Shown here: positions 22,640-34,611 of the stretch, piece after piece
How the letters are laid out: each line of letters opens with the position of its first letter
Position numbering within the stretch: position 1 is the stretch's first letter
NCBI RefSeq assembly: GCF_004010195.1
Contig: NC_057718.1
Span: 31,457,479 to 31,521,478, forward strand
Direction: 5' to 3'
From: Chiloscyllium plagiosum
Taxonomy: Eukaryota
Length of the DNA: 64,000 nt
Made by a program: the position numbers and the translations under genes
Notes under the pieces: generated by a model
The model's database searches: none
Seen by the model: only the letters and a program-made list of their open reading frames with translations
Told to the model about the DNA's origin: nothing

Positions 22640-25600
22640 AAAATCAGACTCATGTCACTAATGGACAGAGAGATCCAGCTCAAAGGAGGTAAGGCCCTCA
22701 ATATTGGGTTTACAGGCAGGGGATCAGCTTTCTTGACATATCTGCCATTGGTACACCTACAGTACTCTGCTTTTCCTCAGAGTTTGACTCTCTCCTCTCC
22801 TGCAGGCAAAGAAAACAGAGAGCTGTTGTTGTCCCAGTTAACAGCATCTCCCACTCAGGGTCAACAGAGAGTTGTGAATGTAAGAAATATAAGGAAGGAA
22901 TGACAACATCTGTTGCAGTGGGGAGTGGGGAAGTTGGTGACTGATGCATGTGTGTGAAATTGTATAAAATGATCGGGGAGTGTTGGTGCTGGTGGGTAAG
23001 TCAGAACATACCTGGAATAATAAAGGACTGAGTGGGGCTGCTAGATATATTGTTCGTGGGGATATTATACGAAAGAAAATAGGGGAAGTCGCAGTCTAAG
23101 GTTTAACACCTGAAAGGGTGATGTCACTCCTAAGATGCTTGAACCTGGGCGTACAAAGATTCCTGCTTTGAGAGATGACACTCTAGTTGCTTCTTTGCTT
23201 ATTCCATCCATACAATCTTCATTGGAGAGGCTGATCCTTTCCTCCCATTCACAGGAACTATCAGCTCAATCTAAGTCTAATTGTCATTTCTAAGTTGTTG
23301 CAAGTGCCCACTGGACGTGAGCAATTTGCCATTGTCAAGCAGGGAATATTACATACAAGCAAACAATTGGACAATTCCAAACATGAGCTTCTATTTGCAC
23401 ATAGCAAAAGTGAGCACAAACAAAAATAAGGTTGGAGTGCATTCCCACAATGCAAACCCAATGTTTACATCCAAGACCAAAGACTATTATGTAGTCCACC
23501 ATGTTCTACTGTACCCAACGCTCATCTGGAGCTGGGTGTCAATTAGATCCTGTCTGGCTTGTAGCGCCCTACACAGCAAAGCTCTGTCATACACAAGGAG
23601 CACTTTTCCTCCTCCTCATTATCCTTATTATTCTCTTCTGAAGATTGATTCCATTCCCTCAGTTCCTCAGCTCTCAGCACGTGATTTCGTTGTCTGTACC
23701 AATTATGCAGAGCACAGCATGCCAGGATGATGTTACACATTCTATCCACATTATAACTGAGGTCCCTCCAGACCAGTCCAAGCAGTGGAACTGAACCTTG
23801 AGGGACCCTATATTGAGTTGCCCCAAAGCTCTGACTGAAGCATGAACAGCATTAAACCTGTGCTCTTTATCAGACAGGGAGTTGTGCAACGGTGACAGGG
23901 GTTATGGCCACAATGAGTATTCCTTGGCCTGCAGTAACCAGCCTTGTCATACCCTCAAAAGCTCCTGGCACACAAGAGTGCTTCATGATGTAGGAGATGT
24001 GGCAGTTGCCAGGGTATTGAGCACACACCTCAAGGAAGTGGTAATGGTGATCACAGTTCACTTGCATATGATTGAAATGGAACTCTTCCTGTTAGTGCAT
24101 TCCACAACATTGTGGTACCATCTTCTCAGTGTCACACGTGTGCAGCTGATAGCACCCTGGACTTGGGGGATGCCAGTTATTATCCTGACTCCCACTGCCC
24201 GGGCTGCAGCACTGATCATGTCATGGGGAAATGAAATGAATTCTTGTGATCTTACACAGATTGGATGGTCATTGACGGTCAATGTCCTGATGCATTTGCA
24301 GATTCAGACTGAGAGACCCCTCACGAATCACCTGACCGAGCTAGTTGTATAGCAGTTCAAAGCGGCTGTCACCTTCAGAGCTACTGTTCTAGCATAGTTC
24401 CATCACAGTGTCCTGGGACAGAACGCCTTTGTTGACACTGCACTTCACTCATCCCAGAAAACTGTGTCAGGAGCAAAAATCTCATGCATGCTAAGGAGGT
24501 CTGAGGAGGTGATCTTTGCCTGAGCAGACCTCCATGGCGGCCTGTACCTACTCTTTGACTTATCCTCAGCCGGAGCACGGTGGCTCAGTGGTTAGCACTG
24601 CTGCCTTACAGCGCCAGGGACCCGGGTTTGAATCCAGCCTTGGGCAACTGTCTGTGTGGAATTTACACATTCTTCCCATGTCTGCGTGGGTTTGCTCCCA
24701 CAATCCAAAGATGTGCAGGTTAAGTGAATTGGCCATACTAAATTGCCCATAGTGTTCAGGGATGTGTCGGTTCGGTGCATTAGTCAGGCGTAAATATAGG
24801 GTAGGAGGAATGGGTCTGGCTTCTCTTTGAAGGGTTGGCATGGACATGGGCCAAAGGGCCTGTTTCCACACTGTAGGAATTCTATGATTCTGCATCCAAC
24901 TGTGCCATGTCCAACATCCCACTGAGATTCTTGCTGAAAATGACAATATGTTGGGAACATAAGGAGTAAAGCTGGTTCTCAGGTCTCAGAACAGTGTCAG
25001 TAGTGGCACACCCTGCAGATGAGGGCTGTACATCCACTTCTCCATACGGTGAGACATGCAGTTCCCCAATAATAAGGGCCATGTCTCCATCATTCATTCA
25101 ACCACAGCATCAGCTTGTGCACCAGTCTGGTGAAGATGTCACATTGGCTGGCTGACCAACACATTACATCAAAAGGGAATCAGCATTGCACAAACCTCTT
25201 TTCCCATCTAAGGATCACATCAATTATTCAAATTTTCATTGCATTTAGCACAGACCATCAGTACACATACATGACAGACCATGAAGTGAAGATCTTCCAT
25301 CCCTCAGCATCCTTGGAAGTTCACAGATCATGGGTTTCCTTTGGCCAGTACTCACCTCCTTTCCAATCACTACTTCTAACTTCAGTATCATGGAGATGAC
25401 AACACTTAACTTTCATGGTGTAAATTAACTTTATATAGCCCTTGAACCCTCTGCATGTTCACTCTGTGTGCAGAGCAATTGGGTGATGAAATGGTTGAAA
25501 TAAAAATGCAGCTGGAGTATGCAAGCAACTGTTTCATTTATTTGTCCTTCAATGCCCTAGAGTCCCACAACATTTCCACCCATCAAACTGACACTGATTC

Positions 25601-25950
25601 CACCCACCCTGGGTGTTGTCCTGGTCTTTTCCCAGTTGAATTTCACATCTAGAGAACAACAAGTGATGGTAGGGAACACAGCTCACCTGTGGAAACGATC
25701 AGCATCAGGCTTTACATGATTGCCATATATTTTCCCAAAGCATGCATGTTCCCTTTTACCTTGCACTATCTCAACAGATCATTTCCACACATCACCCCAG
25801 TTAGAGACACATCACAGTGAACTTTGCCTCCAAAATCCATTAAGGTTCCCAGTTAAAAGGCTTCTTGCAGGCTTAAAAATAAAATGGATGGGCGAAGTAA
25901 ATTGTCAGTATAACATCAGAACCTGTCTGGAATAAAATTGTGTTTTCAGC
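22640..25950 (-). mobile_element. PIF/Harbinger transposon relic with HARBI1-like DDE transposase pseudogene (~23540-24570)
   Basis: Minus-strand GIPQVQGAISCTRV (GAIDCTH), NRKS…MQVNCDH…FLEVCAQYPGNCH, RFNAVHASVRA…IGSLKVQFHCLD, IILACCALHN occur in the canonical order across frameshifts. Outer boundaries are approximate. Confidence 0.8.
24571..24890 (+). mobile_element. HE1-type V-SINE nested in Harbinger
   Basis: GCACGGTGGCTCAGTGGTTAGCACTGCTGCC…V-domain…GGAATTCTATGATTC. Confidence 0.9.
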
Positions 25951-26611
25951 ACCAACAATGATTTTCTAGCCTTAATAATCTTGCCTGTGTGCAGAGATTG
26001 GTTCATTCTGCCATTTTGGTTTTTCCCAATTTGTCACCAATACTTGTGTGATGTGGTCACTCTTAATTTGATGTAACTTTCCTCTGGTGGCTGAAACTGC
26101 TATTGCACTCTTTATCTGTTAAAAACATAACCCTAAAGACAGCAATACTCATTAAAAGGGGTACAACAGTGAACAATAAAGTAATATAGGAGCAAATGAA
26201 GGAAAATAAAGGAGAGACGGCAAATCAAGTAAAAGAACAGAACAAACAAGTGTTGCACTCTTTTAAAAAAAAGCCAAAGACCTTCATCAAGAAATGGAAG
26301 GCAAACACTTGATTATGGATTGGGTATAACATACAACAACACATGCAGCTTTATTTCATGGATCAACTATTAAGTGAACAGAAGAGGAGACCTCTGAAAA
26401 TCTTACCTGCTAGCTGCAAGAATTAGCTTCAAAATGTAAATGCATCCATTCTTTCCGAGGAAGATCTGGAGAATATTTGAACAGCAACTCAAGGCACAAA
26501 TCAATTATCAGATTAACATACTCCAGTTTCTGTTGCATAGACAAAATCCCCTGAATCTATTGACAATTTTGCTACAAGATTCTACAGCAAAGGACATTAG
26601 TGTGTTTTCTT

Positions 26612-27262
26612 TGAAGAAAGCAAATCTTAGCAGGACTTATACACTTAATGGTAAGGTCCTAGGGAGTTTTGCTGAACAAAGAGATCTTGGAGTGCAGGTT
26701 CATAGCTCCTTGACAGTAGAGTCGCAGGTAGGTAGGATAGTGAAGGAATCATTTGATGTTGTGAAACTTGAAAGGGTTCAGAAAAGATTTACAACAATGT
26801 TGCCAGGATTGGAGGATTTGAGCCATAGGGAGAGGCTGAATAGGCTGGGGCTGTTTTCCCTGGAGCGTCAGACGCTGAGGGGGGTGATTTTACAGAGATT
26901 TATAAAATCATGAGGGGTATAGATATGATAAATAGACAAAGCCTTTTCCCTGGGGTGGGTAAGTATAGAACTAGAGGGCATAGGTTTAGAGTGAGAGGGG
27001 AAAGATATAAAAGAGACCTAAGTGGCAACTTTTTCATGCAGTGGGTGGTGCATGTATGAAATGAGCTGCCAGAGGAAGTGGTGAAGGCTGGTACAATTGC
27101 AACATTTAAAAGGCATCTGGATGGATATATGCGTAGGAAGGCTTTGGACTGGTTGCTGGCAAGAGGGACTAGATTAAGTTGGGATATCTGGTCAGCATGG
27201 AGGAGTTGGATCGAAGGGTCTGTTTCCATGCTGTACATTTCTATGACTCTATGACTCCATGA
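26612..27262 (+). mobile_element. HER1/CR1 LINE 3' fragment
   Basis: RTYTLNGKVLGSFAEQRDLGVQVH…LERVQKRFTTMLPGL. (CTATGACT)n tail. Confidence 0.9.
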
Positions 27263-28072
27263 AAAACTAACAGGGAGGTTGGTTACACCAATAGCCTTTA
27301 GGAAAAATCACTTGGGCAGGAAACAGGTCTAAGTTATTGATGCCTTACTGGAAGATGGATGTCAACATGAAGCCACAGTGGCAGACCAATACCAATTACA
27401 TGCTTTAGATACAGACAACGCCATTGTTACAGTCAGCAAAATGCCCCAACCAACATGATCTGTCATGGATACAATTTGTCAAATTGACCCAAAAGTTGTC
27501 CCATATTTCTTCATATCTACAAAGCGCGTGGCTGCAAAGAGCATTGGGCATGCATGCACAGAAAATCTAATGTCAAAAGCCAAACCACACCCGGAAACAA
27601 GACACAGGCGACCAATACAACATCATAATTGCTGAGCACCGAAAGTCATACGAATGTGAACAAACACAAAGATGTCAGCCAACAAGGCAAGAAAGCAAAC
27701 TTTGGAAGATGATCAAACCTTTCGTATTGTCAACCTCACACCCCTTCTTGACAAGGCAAACTTCTATGATAATTGAGATTGTATGTCCCCAAAAGGCAGA
27801 TTGAGAAACCTTGAAAGCCAAAACTGACAAAACAGCTGCTGCCAATATATTATCACTTATGCATCCTAAAAGATATGGATCCCATCAAATGGAGCTCTGT
27901 GGTACATCATACAAGAGACTGTCTTAAAGGCTTAACAAATCACCGATTCAATACAGTGGCACAATTGCATGGTCATGCCATTATTCAACTTCAGACTAGG
28001 TTCCTGACATCTTCTACCCGGTAGATACAAATGGTCCAGCACTGGTAAGACTGCCATTATCTCTATTCTCAG

Positions 28073-28212
28073 TTAGAGACAAAAAAAACTGCAGATGTTG
28101 GAATCCAAAGTAGACAGACAAGAGGCTAGAAGAACACAGCAAGCCAGGCAGCATCAGGAGGTGCAGAAGGTGACATTTCGGGTGTAACCCCTCTTCAGGG
28201 CTGAGGGTGCAT
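28073..28212 (-). repeat. Penelope-like terminal fragment with hammerhead core
   Basis: Minus strand reads CTGAAGA-g-GGGT/tac/ACCC-GAAA-TGTC (28172-28198) plus the family tail. Confidence 0.72.
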
Positions 28213-28304
28213 GTAAGCATAGTGACCATTCATGACATTCAAACCATATCCACTATGATGAGAATGAAAGAGCCACAAGATTTTCTTCTTCAAAGCTGTA
28301 AATA

Positions 28305-29214
28305 TAGGAGGTATGGTTAGTACATTTTCAGATGACACCAAAATTGCAGGTGTAGTGGACAGTGCAGAAGGTTACCTCAGAGTACAATGGGACCTTGATC
28401 AGATGGACCATTAGGCCAAGGAGTGGCAGATGGACTTTAATTTAGATAAATGTGTGGGATTGCATTTTAGAAAGACAAGTCAGGGCAGGACTTAGACATT
28501 TAATGATAAAGTCCTGGGGAGTGTTACTGAACCAAAGAGTTCTTGGAGTGCAGGCTGAGTGCCTTGAAATTAGAGTCGCAAGTAGATAGGGTAGTGAAGA
28601 AGGTGTTTGGTATGCTTGTCTTTATTGGTTAGAGCTTTGAGTATAAGAGTTGGAAGGTCATTTTGCAGCTATCTAGGACATTAGTTAGGCCACTTTTGGA
28701 ATACTGCCTGCAGTTGTGGACATTCTGCTGTAGGAAGGATGGGGAACATGAAAGAGTTCAGAAAAGATTTACAAGGATGTTGCCAGGTTAGAGGGAGAGG
28801 CTCAATGGGCTGGGAGCTATTTTCCCCGGACCATCAGAGCCTGAGGGGAGACCTTATAGAGGTTTATAAAATCATGAGGGGCATGGATAGTGTAAATAAT
28901 CAAAGTCTTTTCCCCATGGTGAGGGAGTCCAAAACTACAGGGCATAGGTTTAAGAGGAGAGGGGAAAAATTTAAAAAGGGATCTAAGGGGCAACTTTTTC
29001 ATGCAGAGAGTGGTGCATGTACGGAATGAGCTGCCAGGGGAAATGGTGGACACTGGTATAATTACAACATTTGAAAGGCATCTAGATGAGTTTATGAATA
29101 GGAAGGGTTTAGAGGGTTATGGGCCAAATGCTGGCAAATGGGACTAGATTAATTTAGGATAGCTGGCCATCATAGATGAGTTGGACCAAAGAATCTGCAT
29201 CTCTATGACTCTAA
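28305..29214 (+). mobile_element. HER1/CR1 LINE 3' fragment
   Basis: ttttcagatgacaccaaaatt (FSDDTKI), LRGDLIEVYKIMRGMD, ctctatgactcta tail. Confidence 0.9.
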
Positions 29215-32034
29215 TGACAGAAGAGAATGAAAGGTACACTCAGCGAGTTAATATGTAGGGACCCATAACCATACTCCAGACAGAGTGCAAGTTAGAAGTT
29301 CATACCTGGACACCAGCAAAGGTTTCTAAGCTATGCAAGCAGCCCAGCTCATATGATTTAATTATCAATCATAATACAATATTGCAAAGGAATGGAAGTC
29401 AGCTCAGGGCAATGTATGACACATCAATTATGCAGACTGAGAGTGAGGAAGAAAACTCCAAAGATGACAGTACAATGATGCTGAGTGATAGCAAGGCAAC
29501 CAAGTTGTCAGCAATGAAATACCAAGTATAACACCTCTCCAAGTGCCAAATAATCACCAGATCAGGACCAGTTGTCAAATCTCCAAAACATTGAATTGTG
29601 AATCTTGTTAACTCTGCTTTACCTATTTGTAAAATTATTGAATTAACAACATATGCCTACATATAAATATGTCTGTCTGTTTGGGATTTGTTTTCTTTGG
29701 AAAAAGGATGTTGTGTTATGTCTTAGAGCTAAGGTACAATGCATCTTTAAGAAACATGTTCATGACTTCATCACAATATTATGGCATGTCACAAGGAGGT
29801 ATATAGGTCTCACTCTCCAAGGTGCTAAGTCCTTTTGCAATTCACCTCTTGCTGAGTCCTCCTCAGATATGCTGATATCAGCATGATACAGCTTACATCC
29901 AAATTACATAGCTTGAGTTCAGACTAGTGGACACCTGTGGTTGTAATATGTGTAGATACCAGGAGCTGTAATAAAGGTTCATTGAATCCTTTAACATGAC
30001 TTTATTCCTGTTTCATTCTTATGTTATGGGAGCTGACATAAGTATGAATACTTGGCCAAAGGTTACATGCCTACCACTGTATTTATGAGAGATCGTGAGT
30101 TCAGAACTGACCTGGGTGGGCAGCGCTTGCTCTTTCTAAAGGAATAACTCCCAAATACCATATCATAATCATATCGGATGGTGAAGTAGGAGCAGTGGGG
30201 ACTATTTTGAGGTCAGGAAATTGAAAGTTCCTTAAAGACGCAGGCAAATTTAATGACAAGATTTGATTAAGATGTTTTGTCTCTGTTAAATAACTGTAGC
30301 AGGCAGATTGAGAGTCTGTCTGGCCATTAGTTAACAGGCCTTTGGTACTATAGGCTGCAGTCAGGGAAGGTAAGAAGGGATTGGAGACTGAGATTGAATG
30401 AGTGATGATTTCTCGGAGTGGGTGAAACAGACCAACAGCATCAATTCAAAATGATCCAGCAAGTATGTGAAAAGGCATTTATTTGTTCTTGCCTCTCAAT
30501 GGCTGTGAGCTGAAATTTAAAATGGTGACTAATTCTGAGGTATACAGCCTGATTCTGATTTCTGAATGACTAACGCTCCTTGTCCTCCAGTCTCCAAAGC
30601 AGCTGAAAGTATGTGGATAGTTTGATGAGCTTGGATTTCAGATTTCTTTTGTATTTTTACTGTCCATCTGATCCATTAGCATTCTTTTTCTGGTGGGGCT
30701 AGGAGTTAAAACCTCGCCCTGAATCTCAGATAGCTATTCAACATAACGGGCCTCACTGCTGAACCAGATCCCATCCTCTTTGGAAGGCAATATTAGTTGA
30801 TCATAACCCTTTTCCCGACAGGGCCCTGCATGGACTGCAGTACCTCCACTCTCACCCAAGCTGACATCAGCAATCTCAACACAGGTATCTACAAAGAGCC
30901 CTTTTACAGAACACAATTGTTGCGCTGGCTGTGCTAAAATAGAACAGTTCAAGGTCCTTTCCTTTCACACCAGACAATGTGAAAGGCCAATACTCCCAAA
31001 GAGCTATTTAGCAGCGAAAGACATGGTGTCAATTTACTTTTTACATCAAGCACTAGCTCCAAAGGCAAGGACTATTCAGATAACTTCTAGTGTTCACTTT
31101 TTTCTATGGTATTCCATTCTTGGCCACCTTTATACAGATGATGTCATCCAACCAGACAGTTTAAAGGAAAACTTCCTGCTCTCCTAAGCAAAGTGGAGCA
31201 GGAAGTGGCCGCTGCATGGTCTGTGATCCACAGAACTTGTATTTCAGCAAGACACAGACAGGCTTATTCCCTGGTGACGGCTCCCTGTGCTTTCCAATGC
31301 TGAACAGGATTTCCTTCTGTCTGAAAGTGTAATAAGTGCTCCAGTAAACACTATGCATATGCACTTCAGCTGTTCCAATCATTCTGCAACAAAAAAGATC
31401 GATGACAAGGAGAGATTATTTCATACAAAAATCTTTTAGATGTCAAGTGGGTGCTGTGAAAATTGTGACTTTTCAGTGATTTCCTCTCATTTGGTACAAG
31501 TCTGTGCTTTTTGCGTGTGAGTCCACTTCATCAGAAGAGAGAGTGGAGATTTATTGTACAACCTGACTATGTTTATCTATGAAGAGATTGGATTGATAAG
31601 GTGGAATGAGTAACGCACATTTGTGCAGAAGTTGATTAAAGCATAATGCTGGAGCATTAATAAAGGCTGCCATTGCTTCAAAATTGTACAGACTAAGGGC
31701 CTCATGTATTTATATGGGCAAAACATACATAGATTTCACAAAGCATTGCATAAGATATATGGTGCAGAAACAGACAATTCGAGTGAACCAGTGCATGATA
31801 GTATACTCACCCTGAGCTTCTCTTATCTAAATAAAGTATCATAACCATCGTCTTACTCACCCTCACATGCTTGTCTAGATTCATCTTAAATGTTTCTATA
31901 CATACTTTTTAATAGTGCATGGGAAGTGGGCATCATTGGGACATAGTTGAGAAAGAATTCAGTGTTGAGAGCTAGATCAAACTTGCCACAAGCCTGTGCT
32001 ATGCCATGGAGTACCACAGGATCTTCAATTATGT

Positions 32035-32258
32035 AAAAAACAAAGTAACTGCAGGTATTGTAAATCCAAAAGACAAACAGAAGTTGCTAGAAAAGCTCAG
32101 CAGGTCTGTGAAGAGAAATCAAAGTTAATGTTTCAGGTCAGGTGATACTTCCTCAGAACTTCCTCAGGTCACCAGACCCAAAACATAACCTTTGATTTCT
32201 CTTCACAGATGCTGCCAGACATCAGCTTAACTTTTCCAGCAATGTCTGTTTTTGCTTC
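32035..32258. repeat. Penelope-like fold-back fragment
   Basis: Inverted arms (tctgtgaagagaaatcaaag / ctttgatttctcttcacaga) with a decayed CTGAGGA…GAAA core on the - strand. Confidence 0.7.
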
Positions 32259-32292
32259 AATTATGTATGTTATTTGTATGTTATGTTATGTA

Positions 32293-32395
32293 TGCATTAG
32301 TCAGAGGGAAATGGGTCTGGGTTACTCTTCGGAGGGTCGGTATGGACTTGTTGGGCCGAAGGGCCTGTTTCCAAGCTGTAGGGAATCTAATCTAA
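32293..32395 (+). mobile_element. HE1 SINE 3' fragment
   Basis: gcattagtcagaggg…ctcttcggagggtcgg…gggccgaagggcctgtttcc…(aatct)n. Confidence 0.8.
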
Positions 32396-32899
32396 AGGAT
32401 AGAGGTAAAATAAGAAATGGGGTATGGATCTCATTGCAACAATGAAACAACAGAGGAAACAAAGTGACACAATAATAACAGCAATGAAATATATCTCAGT
32501 CAAATGAATCACAAGCTATTTTCCAAGACTTTAGATCCTGTTATTGAGAATTTTCCAAATTCAGGGATAATTTAAAGAACTGACTTTTGCGACAATGAGG
32601 TTTCACCAACAGCTGCAATTCTAAGTGATCATTTTTAACATGTGACATTTGATTCTGTGGTGTAACAGCTAACATCTGGTCTTAACCCACCCTCTGGAAT
32701 ACTCCCCTCCAGCCCAAAACATCAGAATGCCTTGGGAAGTTGTCCAGTTGATACTTGCCCCCTGTTTTTCTCAAACCCGTGCTTCCAAATCTATCTTCAA
32801 AAGCCCAGGGAAATTCACCTCCTTGTCTCTGAATTATTATTCTGGAATTCCAGATTACTAGTCCAGTAAAATTACCACTATGCTTCCATATGTAAATAG

Positions 32900-33300
32900 T
32901 TGCTCAAATTCAGTTGCAAACGTAGACTGTTGCGGAATGAAGGCATCATAGCTGTTTTCAGGAAAGCAGGCACTGACCCATATGCTTCACTGCCTATCAG
33001 CATCCATTGTTGAACCCAATGGTTCCACTGAATGGAATTCCTTCCAGTTCTGGTACAGGAAAGAGTTGATATTGCCAAGTGGTGTGTGTATGGTGAGTGG
33101 CACCATGGGGATCCCTGTAATCCCAGTGAAGCTTGCTTGCTGCTCCTGATTCTCTGGCAAAATACAATAAAATGTAGGTAGCTCTGATTGAATAGAGAAC
33201 CCTCTTGTAACAATAAACTGCCCAAAGTTGCAAATATTTGGAGGGTTAGAATCCAGCAAGAGTCAGATGTATAAAGATTCCTCAATATGGTTTTCAGCAC
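32900..33300 (-). pseudogene. Harbinger (HARBI1-like) transposase remnant, highly degraded
   Basis: ASFTGITGIPMVPLTIHTP…LYQNWKEFHSV resembles F..IAGFP.V.GAIDCTH…YRNRKGFHSI. Confidence 0.5.
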
Positions 33301-34344
33301 AATTCACTCTCCAGTGCATGCATATACTATTGATGCCTTTTTCTTTATCTCTAATAGTAATCAATATCCAAAAAGAGGGTGCAACAATCATACTATCTTA
33401 CATAATTTTATAATAAAGATTGGAGGCTACAGCACAGTTCTGAAGGGTAATCACCTTTGCGTAAAGTAGATGTTTATATTTAGCTTTTCTCTCAACTTCG
33501 TTTCAATTAAATAGCTGACTGAGACATTTAATGGGTGGGGTACAAAGGGCTGCCAATGTTCATACAAATACTGATCCAAGGAAATTTTTTGGAGAGGGCA
33601 AACCTTTTATTGATTCAACAGAACTGAACTTTACTTTAAAAATCTGCACAACCAATTCAAATATTCCCCAGATAGCCTCATTCAAAATCGAAATATTAAA
33701 GCTAGTCAGATAAAGAAATTAAGGTTTGTACAAATTTGGACCATTCTGTAAAAAGTTTTTGGCAAGACATTACATGATGGGTGTGGTCATGTGAAATGAT
33801 GTCAAAATACTTTTGGATACAATTTACAGGAAAGGGAAAATAATGAATGTTGAACTTCATGTGAGCAGTGATATTCTGAAGTGCTTAAAGCAAAGTAATC
33901 GGATAATCCTCTACCATGGAACAGTATGACACAGCTTTACAAATGGCAAGAGAGAGGCAGAAAACACATGAGCAAGAGGAGGATGATAATAGGAGGGTGA
34001 GATCCAATGAATCACTCTCACATGCAGAACTACATTAACAACAGTATTGCAGATGGCTGCTCATCATTGCCATGGAAACCATGACAAAAAACAAAACCTT
34101 GAAAATAGGTAAAAAAACAGTAAGCTTCTTATTTCCCCCCAACCTCCACTACCCCACTCCCCTACCACCTCCACGCTAGTTGACTGGGACACACACGTGC
34201 TCAGGGCTAAATTGAGCCACGAAGCATTGATTTCTTAGGTGGTATGTGGCAGCATAAGGTGCAAAGACTATGCCTGAGATACCTCCAGTGGGAACTGTGC
34301 AGGAATTCATCTTGCTCAAGGGGTTTGTGCACACTCACTGAAGA

Positions 34345-34611
34345 AGACATATTTAAAAGTGACCAAAGGGGCAACGTTTTCATGCAGAGGGTGGTGCGTA
34401 TATGGAATGAGCTGCAGAGGAAGTGATGGAGGCAGGTACAATTACATTCAAAAGGCATCGGAGGAGTATATGAATAGGAAGGGTTTAGAGGGATATGGGC
34501 CAAGTACTGGCAAGTAGGACTAGATTAGTTCAGGATATCTGGTTGGCATGGACAAGTTGGACCGAAGGGTCTGTTTCCGTGCTGTACATCTGTATGACTC
34601 CATGACTCTAT
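34345..34611 (+). mobile_element. HER1/CR1 LINE 3' end
   Basis: RGNVFMQRVVRIWNEL; gaagggtctgtttccgtgctgtac…(atgactc)n tail. Confidence 0.88.

Larger units (their letters stand above)
26160..30040 (+). mobile_element. Ty3/Gypsy LTR retrotransposon relic (gag/protease, integrase C-terminus, PPT and 3' LTR), interrupted by CR1 and Penelope-like inserts
   Basis: KTDKTAAANI (~KIDTGASANI, protease, ~27820). HTWTPAKVSKLCKQPSSY…ILQRNGSQLR and ITRSGPVVKSP (integrase C-terminus). Purine tract 29699-29708 followed by TG at 29709. AATAAA at 29970. Confidence 0.6.
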
